Assembly: GCA_002633005.1 (NCBI GenBank)
Contig: NMRA01000022.1
Coordinates: 695,201 to 759,200, forward strand
Direction: 5' to 3'
DNA length: 64,000 nt
Source of the DNA: Phoronis australis
Lineage: Eukaryota; Animalia; Phoronida
The position numbers and the translations under genes were made by a program. Positions 12,401 through 22,800 of the stretch are shown here, one piece after another. The notes beneath the pieces were generated by a model. The model had not been told where the DNA came from. It made no database searches and worked only from the letters and a program-made list of their open reading frames with translations. Within the stretch, counting starts at the first letter, position 1. Every line of letters starts with the position of its first letter.

Positions 12401-14699
12401 CTCAAAACCAGATGGCCGCACCCCAAAAATGGTTGGCTGGACCTAAAACGGGTTGGCCGATGCTCAAACACAATGGCCGCTCTGCTTTCAAAGCGAGTCG
12501 CTGACGATGTCCGACTGTCGTGTTTGATCACCGGCCAACTCGTTCTGGCACCGGCCATCGATCGTGGTTTGGGTCCAGCCAACTAGTTTTTTTGGATGAG
12601 GCCATCACGTTTTGAAGTCCGGACAACATGTTTGATCACCGGCCAATTGGTCTTGTAGTCCAGTGTACTGGTTTTGAAGCCCGGGCAAGTGGCTTTGAAA
12701 TCCGATCAATTGTTGACCCAATGGCGGATCTAGGATATCATCAGAGGGGGGGGACAACATTTTGTCTCGGGGGGAATCGCGCAAAGCACGATTGCGTGGG
12801 CGAACCCAGCCTAAAATATAAGGGTGCTCGAATTTCTGAGGGTGTGGACTAAAAAAAGAAAGTGCAATCGGACACTTTCAAGCGGGTATGAGCACCCCCT
12901 CACACACAAACTAAAACTGCACACGTTAAATATTGTTTCAGCGGCATCTAAATTACCGGGGTTAGTTAATAACTCAATATTTCCTCACGCACTTGGTGTT
13001 TTATTTTTTCCGTCAGCCAATGCAAGGGGGGGGAGGGGCCCCTCCTAAATCCGCCTATGTAACTCCCCTCGTATTTTTGCGTCCAAAGCGTACACGTATG
13101 TTTGCGCGTATTCCCGTGAACAATGTATTTAAATCTTTAAGAATTACCCAAAGCCAGATATATTGAATCAGGTCTCTATCTCCAGAGTTCCCTTTTAACT
13201 TTAACTATATAAGCCATGAAAGTGGTTCCAGGTGATCAGTGCTAGATGTCCACCTGAGCTGCCTGCGTACGTCTGGCACAACGTGAACTAGACCGCCTGC
13301 AGTTATTTGTTTTTCTTCTTAAGAATATACACGACTATTTTAGTGAGTTGAAGTACGCTACTCTGGGCTACCTAAATACAAATATAAAATTATAGTGAAA
13401 CGAAAAGCATCTTGCTAGAATTAAAAACTTAAACAGGCGCGAGAAATTTGATATCAAGCGAAGAAATTGAACTTTTGCATCCTAAACCATGGGCGGCGCA
13501 CCATAGGGGCTTGGGGGACTGTAGCCCCCACTTTTTCAGTGCTGCGACGCCCATGGTCTATGGGCGGTGCACCACAGTGGGGCTGGGAAGGTTATAGCCT
13601 CCACTTTTTTCAGGGCTGCGACGCCCACATTAACTGAGTGTACTTTCACCAAAGTCCGATATTTTGATCTCAAAGTGGCCGTAAATGTTACGCAATTTGT
13701 GACAAGAGACACCAACGTTGTAACTTCCTTTTCGTGCTATAGATATGGCCTATTTCCGAACATGCCCCGTGACCAAACCAGCAGTCTTCACCATTCCGCA
13801 CGTTTCTCCCTCTCCCCCAAAACTCAAGCGTTTGACCGACAATATTGTTTGGAATCCTTAAGTCTTAGCTAAAAGGCTTTTATTGTGACATTTTTAGTTA
13901 CTTCACTGCACCTTGCGAGGTTCTAGTGCCTGGAAGAGCAATTGAAGACATTCCGATTGAACACTTAACATATGCACCTTTGCACGAGATATTTATATTG
14001 TATGCGATGCTGGTAATATCTTTGTGGTCGATCTCGACCACTAGGCTACATGGTGTCATCAACAGACTACAGCCGTCAACTGACTGATGTTGAAGAAGAA
14101 TACGGTGATGAAAAAAAAGAATACGGTGATGAAGAAGAAGAATACGGTGATGAAGAAGAAAAATACGATGACGAAGAAGAAGAATACGATGAAAAGGAAG
14201 AGGCAGTAGAAGAACCATTACACGATTTATTTTTTAAGTGTCTTGAGTAAAATTTTTGCACGCTCGTATTTGACCTCGTAGCTGCATTGCAATGTAAACG
14301 ATCACTCAATGATAAGAAACGCTTGTACACTGTACCTGAGTTGTCCGGAAACAGTCCCTTGAAATCGTTTTGTAGAGGTCGTGCGTTGAAGTCGTCACCT
14401 TGCCTGTGTAGTGCATCTCGCATGACGTCAAGTGTGTTCAGCACGATCACGCGATTGCTACCTAGCCATATTGTGAAAATTTCTCCGTGAATATCGGACA
14501 ACTCTTTGAAAACGACGTGCAGTTTTCCTCCAATGAGAGTTGGAAGATTTCCGATGAGCGGCCATGGTTTGGGCCCTGGTGGTAACTTTGTTCTGTCCTC
14601 AAGGGATTTATGGAACAAAACAGCTGCCAAAACGAGAAGACTACAGCTCAGAATCCACTCCAACATTCCTGCCGCGCTAATGGCAGTATATCCTGTCAT
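4429..14699 (-). CDS. Cytochrome P450, clan 2 (CYP2-like); 5 exons, 509 aa
   Basis: Exons 14699-14336, 8780-8256, 6361-6137, 5246-5025 and 4622-4429 sum to 1530 nt in one open frame, all with GT-AG introns. Motifs present: N-terminal TM plus PPGPKPWPLIGNL, WRDNR (C-helix), AGTETT (I-helix), EVQR (K-helix), PERF, and the heme motif FGIGKRKCLG. Confidence 0.95.
5025..5246 (-). CDS. CYP exon 4 (PERF)
   Basis: Acceptor TTTTTAG, then GNIVYMSVPH...FRPERFL...PFGI, then a GTAAG donor. Confidence 0.93.
6137..6361 (-). CDS. CYP exon 3 (I-helix to K-helix)
   Basis: Acceptor ATTTCAG, then DDHIAKLTFDFFIAGTETT...EVQRV, then a GTTAGT donor. Confidence 0.93.
6399..6492. repeat. (TAT)n/(CAT)n microsatellite
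   Basis: Visible trinucleotide run. A similar ATA/CAT tract lies at about 7940-8060. Confidence 0.9.
7360..7788. mobile_element. MITE with TIRs of about 40 bp
   Basis: GTTGCATGAAACAGTCCCAAATAGAGACTC at the left end and its exact reverse complement at about 7754-7783. Confidence 0.75.
8256..8780 (-). CDS. CYP exon 2
   Basis: Acceptor TTACCAG, then GVLAAEGDIWRDNRRFSLSHLRDLGLGK...VIFE, then a GTAAG donor. Confidence 0.93.
9327..11065. repeat. Palindromic repeat family: arm at 9327-9447, inverted arm at 10855-10975, and a hairpin centred near 10977
   Basis: The arm CCCTCGGGTGATAATTCTCCAAAATCCAC...CATTGCAATGAATCGAT occurs inverted, and again after the centre GGGCTAACGCCC. Confidence 0.8.
9923..10835. 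mobile_element. Non-autonomous Kolobok-like DNA transposon with convergent THAP and acidic ORF remnants
   Basis: TTAA at 9919-9922 and 10836-10839, with imperfect TIRs (ACAGTACACACCATG / AGTGTACACAACATG). The minus strand encodes VPKDTKVAQKWHRFVRRTR...LCSAHFENSCF (THAP-like). The plus strand has an acidic ORF from 10127 with a frameshifted YFEP motif. Confidence 0.65.
11080..11430 (-). mobile_element. Penelope-like retroelement 3' remnant (GIY-YIG C-terminus)
   Basis: Frameshifted peptide KRFRNHRLNI...GNHFN...QIIEKL...EQLWINKLNTLEPNGLN, typical of Penelope GIY-YIG endonuclease ends. Confidence 0.75.
12215..12700. repeat. GTGGGTCGAG minisatellite with an N gap (12270-12275), followed by a fold-back element built of short subunits
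   Basis: About 12297-12395 is an imperfect inverted copy of about 12602-12700. Confidence 0.6.
12719..13059. mobile_element. hAT-like MITE (GGCGGAT...ATCCGCC ends)
   Basis: TIR CAATGGCGGATCTAGG / CCTAAATCCGCCTATG with G-runs. No clear TSD. Confidence 0.6.
13488..13628. repeat. Two tandem mini-MITE units of about 70 bp
   Basis: CATGGGCG...CGCCCATG unit repeated twice. Confidence 0.6.
14090..14215. repeat. GAA-rich 21-bp minisatellite in CYP intron 1
   Basis: GAAGAAGAATACGGTGAT-type units. Confidence 0.8.
14336..14699 (-). CDS. CYP exon 1 (membrane anchor and proline hinge)
   Basis: Runs from the ATG at 14699 to FPDNSG|GTACAG; phase 1. Confidence 0.93.
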
Positions 14700-17425
14700 G
14701 ATCAGCTAGTGAAATGTGCCGCTCTCTGCTAAGCTTCCATTCACGTCACCTCGCAAAAACTCACTTAACGCAGGTAGTCTATTGTTTGCTGACAGGGATT
14801 TTATAGGGTGTTTGTTTACAACAGGGTGCATCAAAAGGTAATCCTGATGTCATCGTGTTTGAAGACTGATCAAATGAATGGAAAAAGTCATACCACGTGA
14901 TAACTGTGCATACATCCCCTTTTCATAGTTGTTAGAAGTATTATGGAAAATTTGCAAAATGTGTTTATAAATACGAATTATTGTACCACACACACAACTG
15001 TAATCCATTCAATATCTACTATGACGTAGACCTATACTTATTGAATTCATGCTGATGAGTATGCGTTTCGCCAATTCCTAACAAGTAGCGTGCCTTATAT
15101 TTGCTGTGCGTCGTCGAATAAACCCGGAATTTGAAGATTAAAGGTTTAGTTCTTGCAAGATACGTTAAACGTGATTGCGACAAGCCACGAAACCTATTTT
15201 TTATAGCCGTCCGGGAAAATGAAAGCAACATTTTGAAATGCATCTGTTCGTCGCTCATCACCGCTGTTGTTCTCGTCTTCCTTTTGAAATGAAAATCTAT
15301 GTTGCTGAATTACTGTAACGTTTGGTTTTAGGTTACATTTGGGACACCCTGTGGTGTACATGCTTTTTTACCCCGCAGGGCAATGACTTGAAAGAACGTG
15401 ACCAACTTATTGTTTGCACAAGATATCAAAAATTGGTAGGTGTTTAATGTTCTATAGCCTAGGACGGAATTATTCGTTTCCCTGCTACAATGTATTCGTT
15501 GGAAATGTTTTTATGAAATAAAGGCTAAGAAAAAAAAACAATTATTGGCAATTCTGAGTAATTGCATCGTGGTTCTTCACGCTGCTGATCTGCCCATGTG
15601 GTTCCAGTATCCGAAAATACTTACTACATAAAATTTTATTTTCGACACCCTTTCTTTATATTCTTTTCGCCTTTCTTGTCAAAAGCGATTTTTGAACAGT
15701 ATTTGACCCTTCTCTCTGAGCGTATGATTACCTGTTGTCATCGGTTATTTCGTACCCACATTTCCGGCTCATCAGTTCAGGAACTTGTCCTGAACGCCGC
15801 CATTTTTTCCTTGTAACTGAATGTGCTATCGCTTGCTCGAAAAGTCTTCATTATTTTGTTTTATTAGTAATATCTCGTGATTCGTTTGCATATGTACTGT
15901 ATTTATTGTTTGTAGTTAGTGGTCGTTGATTTTTTTGGAATGTTACGCGTACTTAGTATGTTAAAATGGCATTGGTGTTTAGTTCCTTACGTAGGCCGGT
16001 CGAACCTAGGAACCAATATGAGTCGAACCAATTTTTTTCGGTTTTATTTTTTTTTCTCGTTTTGAAAAAGTACTTTGCTATCATCGGAAAAGTAGTGCAT
16101 TCTACTCAGTAAAAATCGAAAAAGTATCAAAATCGGGGCAAGCAGTGTAAAGTTATTGCAAGTTTTGTGGCGAAATTTGCGGGTCACTTTGTTTGGATCG
16201 CGTCGGCCATATTGGAGGACAGCGGGATAAGTTACGAGTTCAAAAATTTGTGTAAATTGTTTTTGCCAACAAATTACGGTGAAATTTAGTTAGACATATC
16301 TTTACTTACTATTCTGCACGATTTAACAGTGTTCACCAAATTTCAGCCTCGCAGTTGTTACTCATTAAGTGATAAATGTGCTCACAATTCCCGTTGAACT
16401 TCGTCTCATTTCTGGCGGCACCGACAACAAGGCGACTTTTGCTAAACTGAAAGGCATGTTCAATCGGCTACTTTGTAATTTGTGAAGATTTAACGTTGAT
16501 ACATTTTGACAAACGTTGCTACAAAAAAGAAAATTTGTTCAATTTTCGTTTTTTTGTGCAAAAATATAAGATGTACTAACCAGCCCGTAATTTCATGTCT
16601 GAAACCACCCTTGAATATATGCAGCATTTATGATTTGACCATTTTACTTCGACAAAACAGCTTGCAACCGCATGCGTTTACCGTTCGCCAGTGTCTGGTC
16701 TCGATCGGCACCGGGTCCGATAGGCTGTGGTCCCGAGTCTGGTAAAATAATTTCTGTCAAAATTTATTCGCCACATTTCTTCAGCAAATTCGATAAACTT
16801 GTCCGTATTTTGATTTTATTAAAATTAAGGCGCGCTGTCGATTATTTTATCCCCGTTTGCAGGCTGGTAACAGGTACTCACACTGACGGCGTTTTCTTAG
16901 CCTGGGTTCCTGAATGAATTGTACTTCCGGGTTCGCGGCAAGTTCAAAATGGCGGTGGTTCTTCGGGTGCGAATCGTGAGTGGCGCGTTCATTTAAACTT
17001 TTTTCCAGTACGGATCGTGTATTAGTTATGGGGTAGGTACCTCTTGGATCCTTATAAAATCCTCTAACCATGTAATAAGGATTAACAACGCGTGAGAGGA
17101 GGACTTTAAGCCGGGGGGAAGGCAAGGGGGCCATGTCCCCTCCTAAAATTCTCCCGAATTCCACTTGGCAGTACTGGGGTGCTAATGTTTGACGTCAAAA
17201 ATCCAGACTAATACTTTGCCCGTCCCCCCACCTATCTCAAAATCCTGGACGCTGCTGATCGCAGCGTTTCGGAAATAATGACACGCCGAATTGGGAACGG
17301 GATGTCTGATTAATGGTGCCATTTACTAAATTTTAAATATCGTCGACCTTAGATCAAATCCCCGTAATTAATTCACTTTTGGCATGAAGGTGTGTCCTAA
17401 GTTTAGTGAGCACAATGAGTTGCTT

Positions 17426-17720
17426 TCATGACAATTTTGAGAAAGAGCACAGTATTAGCATGACGAATAGAAACATTAGTAAAAAATTCATTTTGTGCTC
17501 GAAAACGCTGAGAGTTTTCGTGCAGCAGCAAAACAAAGGACACGTGGCGGAACACGTATCTTTTTTGTTGCTTCGATAACAACCAGGAACACAGCAAGTG
17601 AAACCACCCTTGCCAGGCATATATGTTCCCTGTTCGCGTCGATCGTTTTCATGTGTTTATTCGCTCCTAAGTTACTCAATTTCCCAAGATGCAACACGCG
17701 GCGCTAAATTCCAAATGGCG
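17426..17720 (-). mobile_element. THAP-transposon N-terminal remnant
   Basis: MPGKGGFTCCVPGCYRSNKKD matches a THAP CxxxxC start; the frame decays after it. Confidence 0.45.
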
Positions 17721-19730
17721 GATTTGCACATCGGCTATTTCAATTGAACTGTTTGCCTAAGGATGGTAAGGAAAGCTTAAATCTTGTTAACGATGACCGT
17801 CTGGCTCAGGTCACAAATGTTGATGAGATGTCCGACCATCTTCACCAAAGAAATACAAAAAGCACCTTTGTTTAGATTTTTTCGATGCAATAATTAGAAA
17901 AAAATCATTACACAACATCACTTGAAAGGTACTGTCCAAGACCTGATAAATGACTTATGGGGTTTGTGGCCAAGTGTGTTCTTATGCAATTTTCCGAAGC
18001 TTTCCTCGTTAACGCCATGCCCATACTCAATATATACATGCAAATAAATGAAACTTTATTCAATCGAGCCTCAGAATCCTTATTAGAGTCAGATATTACA
18101 AACGTCTATGCTGAACCTGTCCGATGTCTGAGCACCTACTCCGACGATGACTATTTTCCACTACCTTGTTATTTCATATCGCGTTATGTCATTGCCTTAC
18201 CACGTGTCAAACGGTGATGCTGATATTAAGTTTCTGTCTAAGCACAATAAAAATGAAAGCCCGCACAGAAGGTCAAATTTTGCGTTATTCGGAGGATTTC
18301 ATCTATGGTGCTGTTGTTTTCCAAATGCATTGTGGGACGGTTATCGGCTGGTTAAACATCCGGTGACATCACAGATAACCTGTGGACGTGAAAACTGATA
18401 ATTTACGTTTCAGGTCGCGAGATTTGACTTCAGCGTAATCGGACGACGCGTCTCGAGAACGTTCCTTGCAAAAAAACTTGCAGATCAATGTAATTATTCG
18501 ATGCATTTTGAGACTTCGTTTCTATCTCTAATTATACTACGAGGGTTGTTTTGTCGTACTCGCACCAAAAGCATGTTCAGTGCACCCGTACTAGAGCACG
18601 CAAGTGAAAAGCATTGTTCTTCCCATTTCCCGTCCGTACTTCGCATGTTTGAGTCAGTCCTCCCCATTGACAGTCCGAGCCAATACTTAGGGTTGGTTTT
18701 CCGACTACGGCAGTGCGAGCTTCGTTGTCAACATTTTAGCTAAGCTCATCAAAGGTTGCTCTAGTCAATAACCCAACTCTTAAGAGCTGAATATTGGCTG
18801 AGGTTGCTCAGGCTTTTATGTTTAGTTGCAATGTTGCAATATTACAAGAAACCGTGGGCCAGCTAATTGCTTGATATACACTAGATGCATCGCGTAATGG
18901 AATTTGAAGAGTGGAAGTTCTACAGACTATTGCTGTGTTTTAACATAATGTTGGAGGTGTGCATAAATTTATTTCTAAATCCATCCTAGTATAAACCATG
19001 AAAGTTCACACACAAAAATCATTCTGTATAAATATATAATACAGATCAGGAAAAAACAACTGATTTCACACATGCAATGCAGCGTGTTTCTTAAAGAAAC
19101 AATTTAGTGATTATTTTCCTAGATTTTTCTTAAAATATCTCGTCCCTACTGAGTCAACAGTAATTTTCTATCCGTCTATCTAGTGGACTTGCAGAAAGAA
19201 ATGAAACAAATACGAATGACAACACATACAATGACGTCGCTGCAAACGATCGTAATGTTACGGAAGAAACCGATTAGTATTTCGTGTGTGTCGTCATTTG
19301 CACGAGTCGTCATTACATTTGCTTTGCTGGTGATGTAGTTTATTTCTACTTCTTCCACTGCCTGCTTGCGACGGATACGAAAACAGAACGGCCCTGAGGC
19401 ATGCAGCCGGACTGGGCACTGTCCGGCGAATGTATGCAACCTGGCTTCGGCCACGATCACGTGAGGCCTTCTGCTACGGACTGGAATGGTTGTAACACTT
19501 TGACTCAATAGACTCAAGATTTGACCAAAGTCGACGAATTCGTCTTTAAAAGTGAAATCTTCTTTTGTAGCATATCTAACAAAACAAACGACTTTCCTGC
19601 CAGCGAATCGGAATAAAGAGAAATATCGTCAAAACCATTCCTTTAAACTTCAACAGACTCCAGACTTGAAGTGAAATAGGAATTAGTCTCAAACACTAGA
19701 CGCATGTAGAGATAGTAAGAGTCTTTGGCA

Positions 19731-19829
19731 TTACATCTGGTCTTCGTCACCGCGTTTGATAATTCGCACGAACTTCTCGTAGTTGAACTTTCCCGCGGAG
19801 ATGGGAGCTTCTTTCCATGTCTGTTTAAT
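19731..19829 (-). CDS. RLC terminal exon 7b
   Basis: Acceptor TTTTTTCAG, then [32 protein letters not shown] and stop. A candidate AATAAA lies near 18970. Confidence 0.92.
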   Translation of the reverse strand: MKQTWKEAPISAGKFNYEKFVRIIKRGDEDQM

Positions 19830-22800
19830 CTGAAAAAATAAAATGCATTTTAATTGAATGAAATTCGAAATGCTACACATGACTGACACCACGTAGAAAG
19901 CATGTAGAAGGACAATCTCCATTTAATTAGGTCACGCAATCCGGCCTTTTAAGTACAATTTATCAAAAAGAAAGGTGCATTGGTAGAAAAATAACGCTTT
20001 CAATAACATGATACTCGATTTAAATCTTCAAGGTGAGATCCCAAAACGCTGCAACGGTGTTCTAAAATATCATTTCGCTTTGATTTTGTGCAACCATAGA
20101 CGGTACTGCAACGTGAGATTTTTTTTATGAAAATCACATATTGGCTCCTCACAACCTGAACTTTCGACATTGTATGACTTTTCCCGCGAACAATCAGCAG
20201 TTTTCTTTAGCTAAGCTTTAAAACGCTTTCGAAAACTTTACCTCTTCTTTTGTAAAGTTGTCTCCCATGTTGGTTAGCAGATCTTCTACACTGAAAGACG
20301 AAATAAAATTAAATCCAGTAAAAGAAAGTCGCTTTACACGGGAAACAGCTGTCACGGAGCAACTAACACGGAACAGCTGATCGGGCGCACGTCTGACACG
20401 GAGCAAGTTGACACCGCAGCGGCCATTTTTGACACCAGTTTGAGAGGTAGAGCGAGTTGCTCCAGTGTCAACTACAGGTCTAAACACAACTGGGACAGGA
20501 CGGAAAGGGATCGTCTGTCAATGAGCTTGAGCAATAGCGTATATACGGGTGATCTGCATGGTTTGAACGTTCGCCATTGTTTATGGGAGCATGCGCAGAC
20601 AGTCTTTGTGTAAATGACTCATGCCGATCCAGTTTCACATCTAAAGTTGTGTAAATGCGACTTAAGCAGAGCAAGTCACACCGTGACAATTGTTCCCCGC
20701 ATAAATAAAGGTATCAAAAGTTCCGTCCACACACAAACTTACTCTTGAACAACTTGGACTAGTGCAACTTGCGCCACTTGAAGTGAAACGTTCACATCTG
20801 GGAGTTTGATATTGGTTCACACACACAAAATAACTCGCACAAGGCGGAAGTTGTCGCTCTATACCAGACAATGAACAGCTGAAGCGAATACGGCGCGCAA
20901 AAGAAAACTAGTTTTTATGTAACCGCAGCAAATAAGTTCTCACAAGTGAGGCAAATCGCACTAGTTTTAATGGCATCCAGACATCCCTCAAACCTAGAGA
21001 CAACTCGTTCCAGGAGTAACATGTTCTATGGTAAATCTCTTTGTGGATGGCACTAAATACATTGTCTGCTGGAGTATCGTTACATCACATTATGTGATTA
21101 CACCACATTATTCCCACACAAAAAACGAAGTTACAAATCTATAAGGAATCTACCCCATAAGAAAACTCAATATGCTTTCCACTTTCGCTGGCACCTTAAA
21201 TGTTTCAAAAGTATTTAACTACCTTATGATTATGACTAACCCAAAACTCGTTCTAAAATTTCTTTTGCCCCAAACCAACATCTAAGCAGAACTCAAGTGA
21301 AATACTATTTGACCGAATACGAACATCACTACTGAACTCACCATCACAAACATTAAAGAACAAATGACTGACTGACTAAATAACTATCAATGTTACAAGC
21401 CAAAACCAATGGGTTAATGACGTAATTAATAAACAACAATCTACTTACTACTCCTCATCCAGGAATCCGCTGCCAGCTGGATCAAACATCTGGAAAGCGT
21501 TCATCAAGGTGCTCTCAGGGTCGGTGCCTGAAAGAAGGTAGACGTACTGCATAAATTAAACCCGAAAACTATAACGATTTCGATAGAGCGCAGCACGAGG
21601 TAAATTACCAGCCAAAACCTGAAGGTAAAATGAGTTTAAATTTCAATGTTGTAGTTTGTTAACACATTTGTCGCCATTGGAAATTTGGCGGTACACAAGA
21701 GGAAAAATTACCAAAACCTGTCTTTCAGTTTGATAGCTTTATATCAGGTTGAATAACTTGGTCTTTAAAAATGCTTGTAAATAGTTTACACTAGGAAAGT
21801 TTGCAACACGGGTTCGTGGGTAGGAAACACAAGGGAAGTATTCAATTTTGTCAAAACAGAGTTGCGTTCCGTAGACTTGAGACATTAGCAACGCACTTGC
21901 GGCGATAATTTGAATCTTTGCTAATGGAAAAGAAACAGCGAAATTTATGAATTCTGTCCAATCATGCAACATTCCAAACTCGCCGACAAATCACTTCAGA
22001 TGTCGCCATTTTGTAAACTTACGCTAAGTTCTCGCATACTGGCGAAACAGCCGTGATTTTTGTGTTCTTTTTGTGTGACTCTTACGTGATATAGCTTGGA
22101 CTAAGGAACGCTACTAACTTTGGATACATTTAAATCAGGAATTCATCGAACATTGGGACTCAGAATGCGTTGACTTACAAGGCAAGATTAAAATGGGCAG
22201 TAATTCACACAATATCTTTAACACAAATTGCGAATTATTTACACACATTTGACCATGCATATTGAGAAGACAAACAATAAAGCGTTGTTTGTCGCTTTGC
22301 AGTACTAAACTACAAACATAAAGACGCAGACCTAACATGCAGGGAGTTTCAGCGAGGAGAGAGGCGGAAGCCCACGTTGGAAGACACACTGACAAAGTAA
22401 TGAACGCTCTACTTACCGCTATCCATGTAATACCAGCAAGTCAACATCAGGCATATAAACAAGAAATTATATTGCTGCTTTACGGTCGCACTAGGTTAGT
22501 TGTAAGGTGCTTTCCTTTTCATCAGTACATGCGTTACATTTCGTACAAAGAAACGTTAACAATTCAGTCACAACATGTTCCGCAGAAAATTTATTCTGAA
22601 ATACAGACTTTTTTAAACAATCCACAACTTACAAAGTACTCCTGCCGGTGCACAGCGATGCAACCACTGTATTACGCCAATCACCATTCTACATTTTAGG
22701 ACTTGCAATAACGCACCCCATATACAGATTTGTATAGTAAAAAATGCTAAAAGGTCATTCTAAACGATAAGTCTCAACCCTACAGGGCCAACAGTCATTC

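Noticed and set aside
14050-14250. Acidic ORF (EEEYGDE)n and the Ser-rich extension of the 207-aa CYP ORF
   Set aside because: These are translations of an intronic minisatellite. The real exon ends at the donor at 14336.
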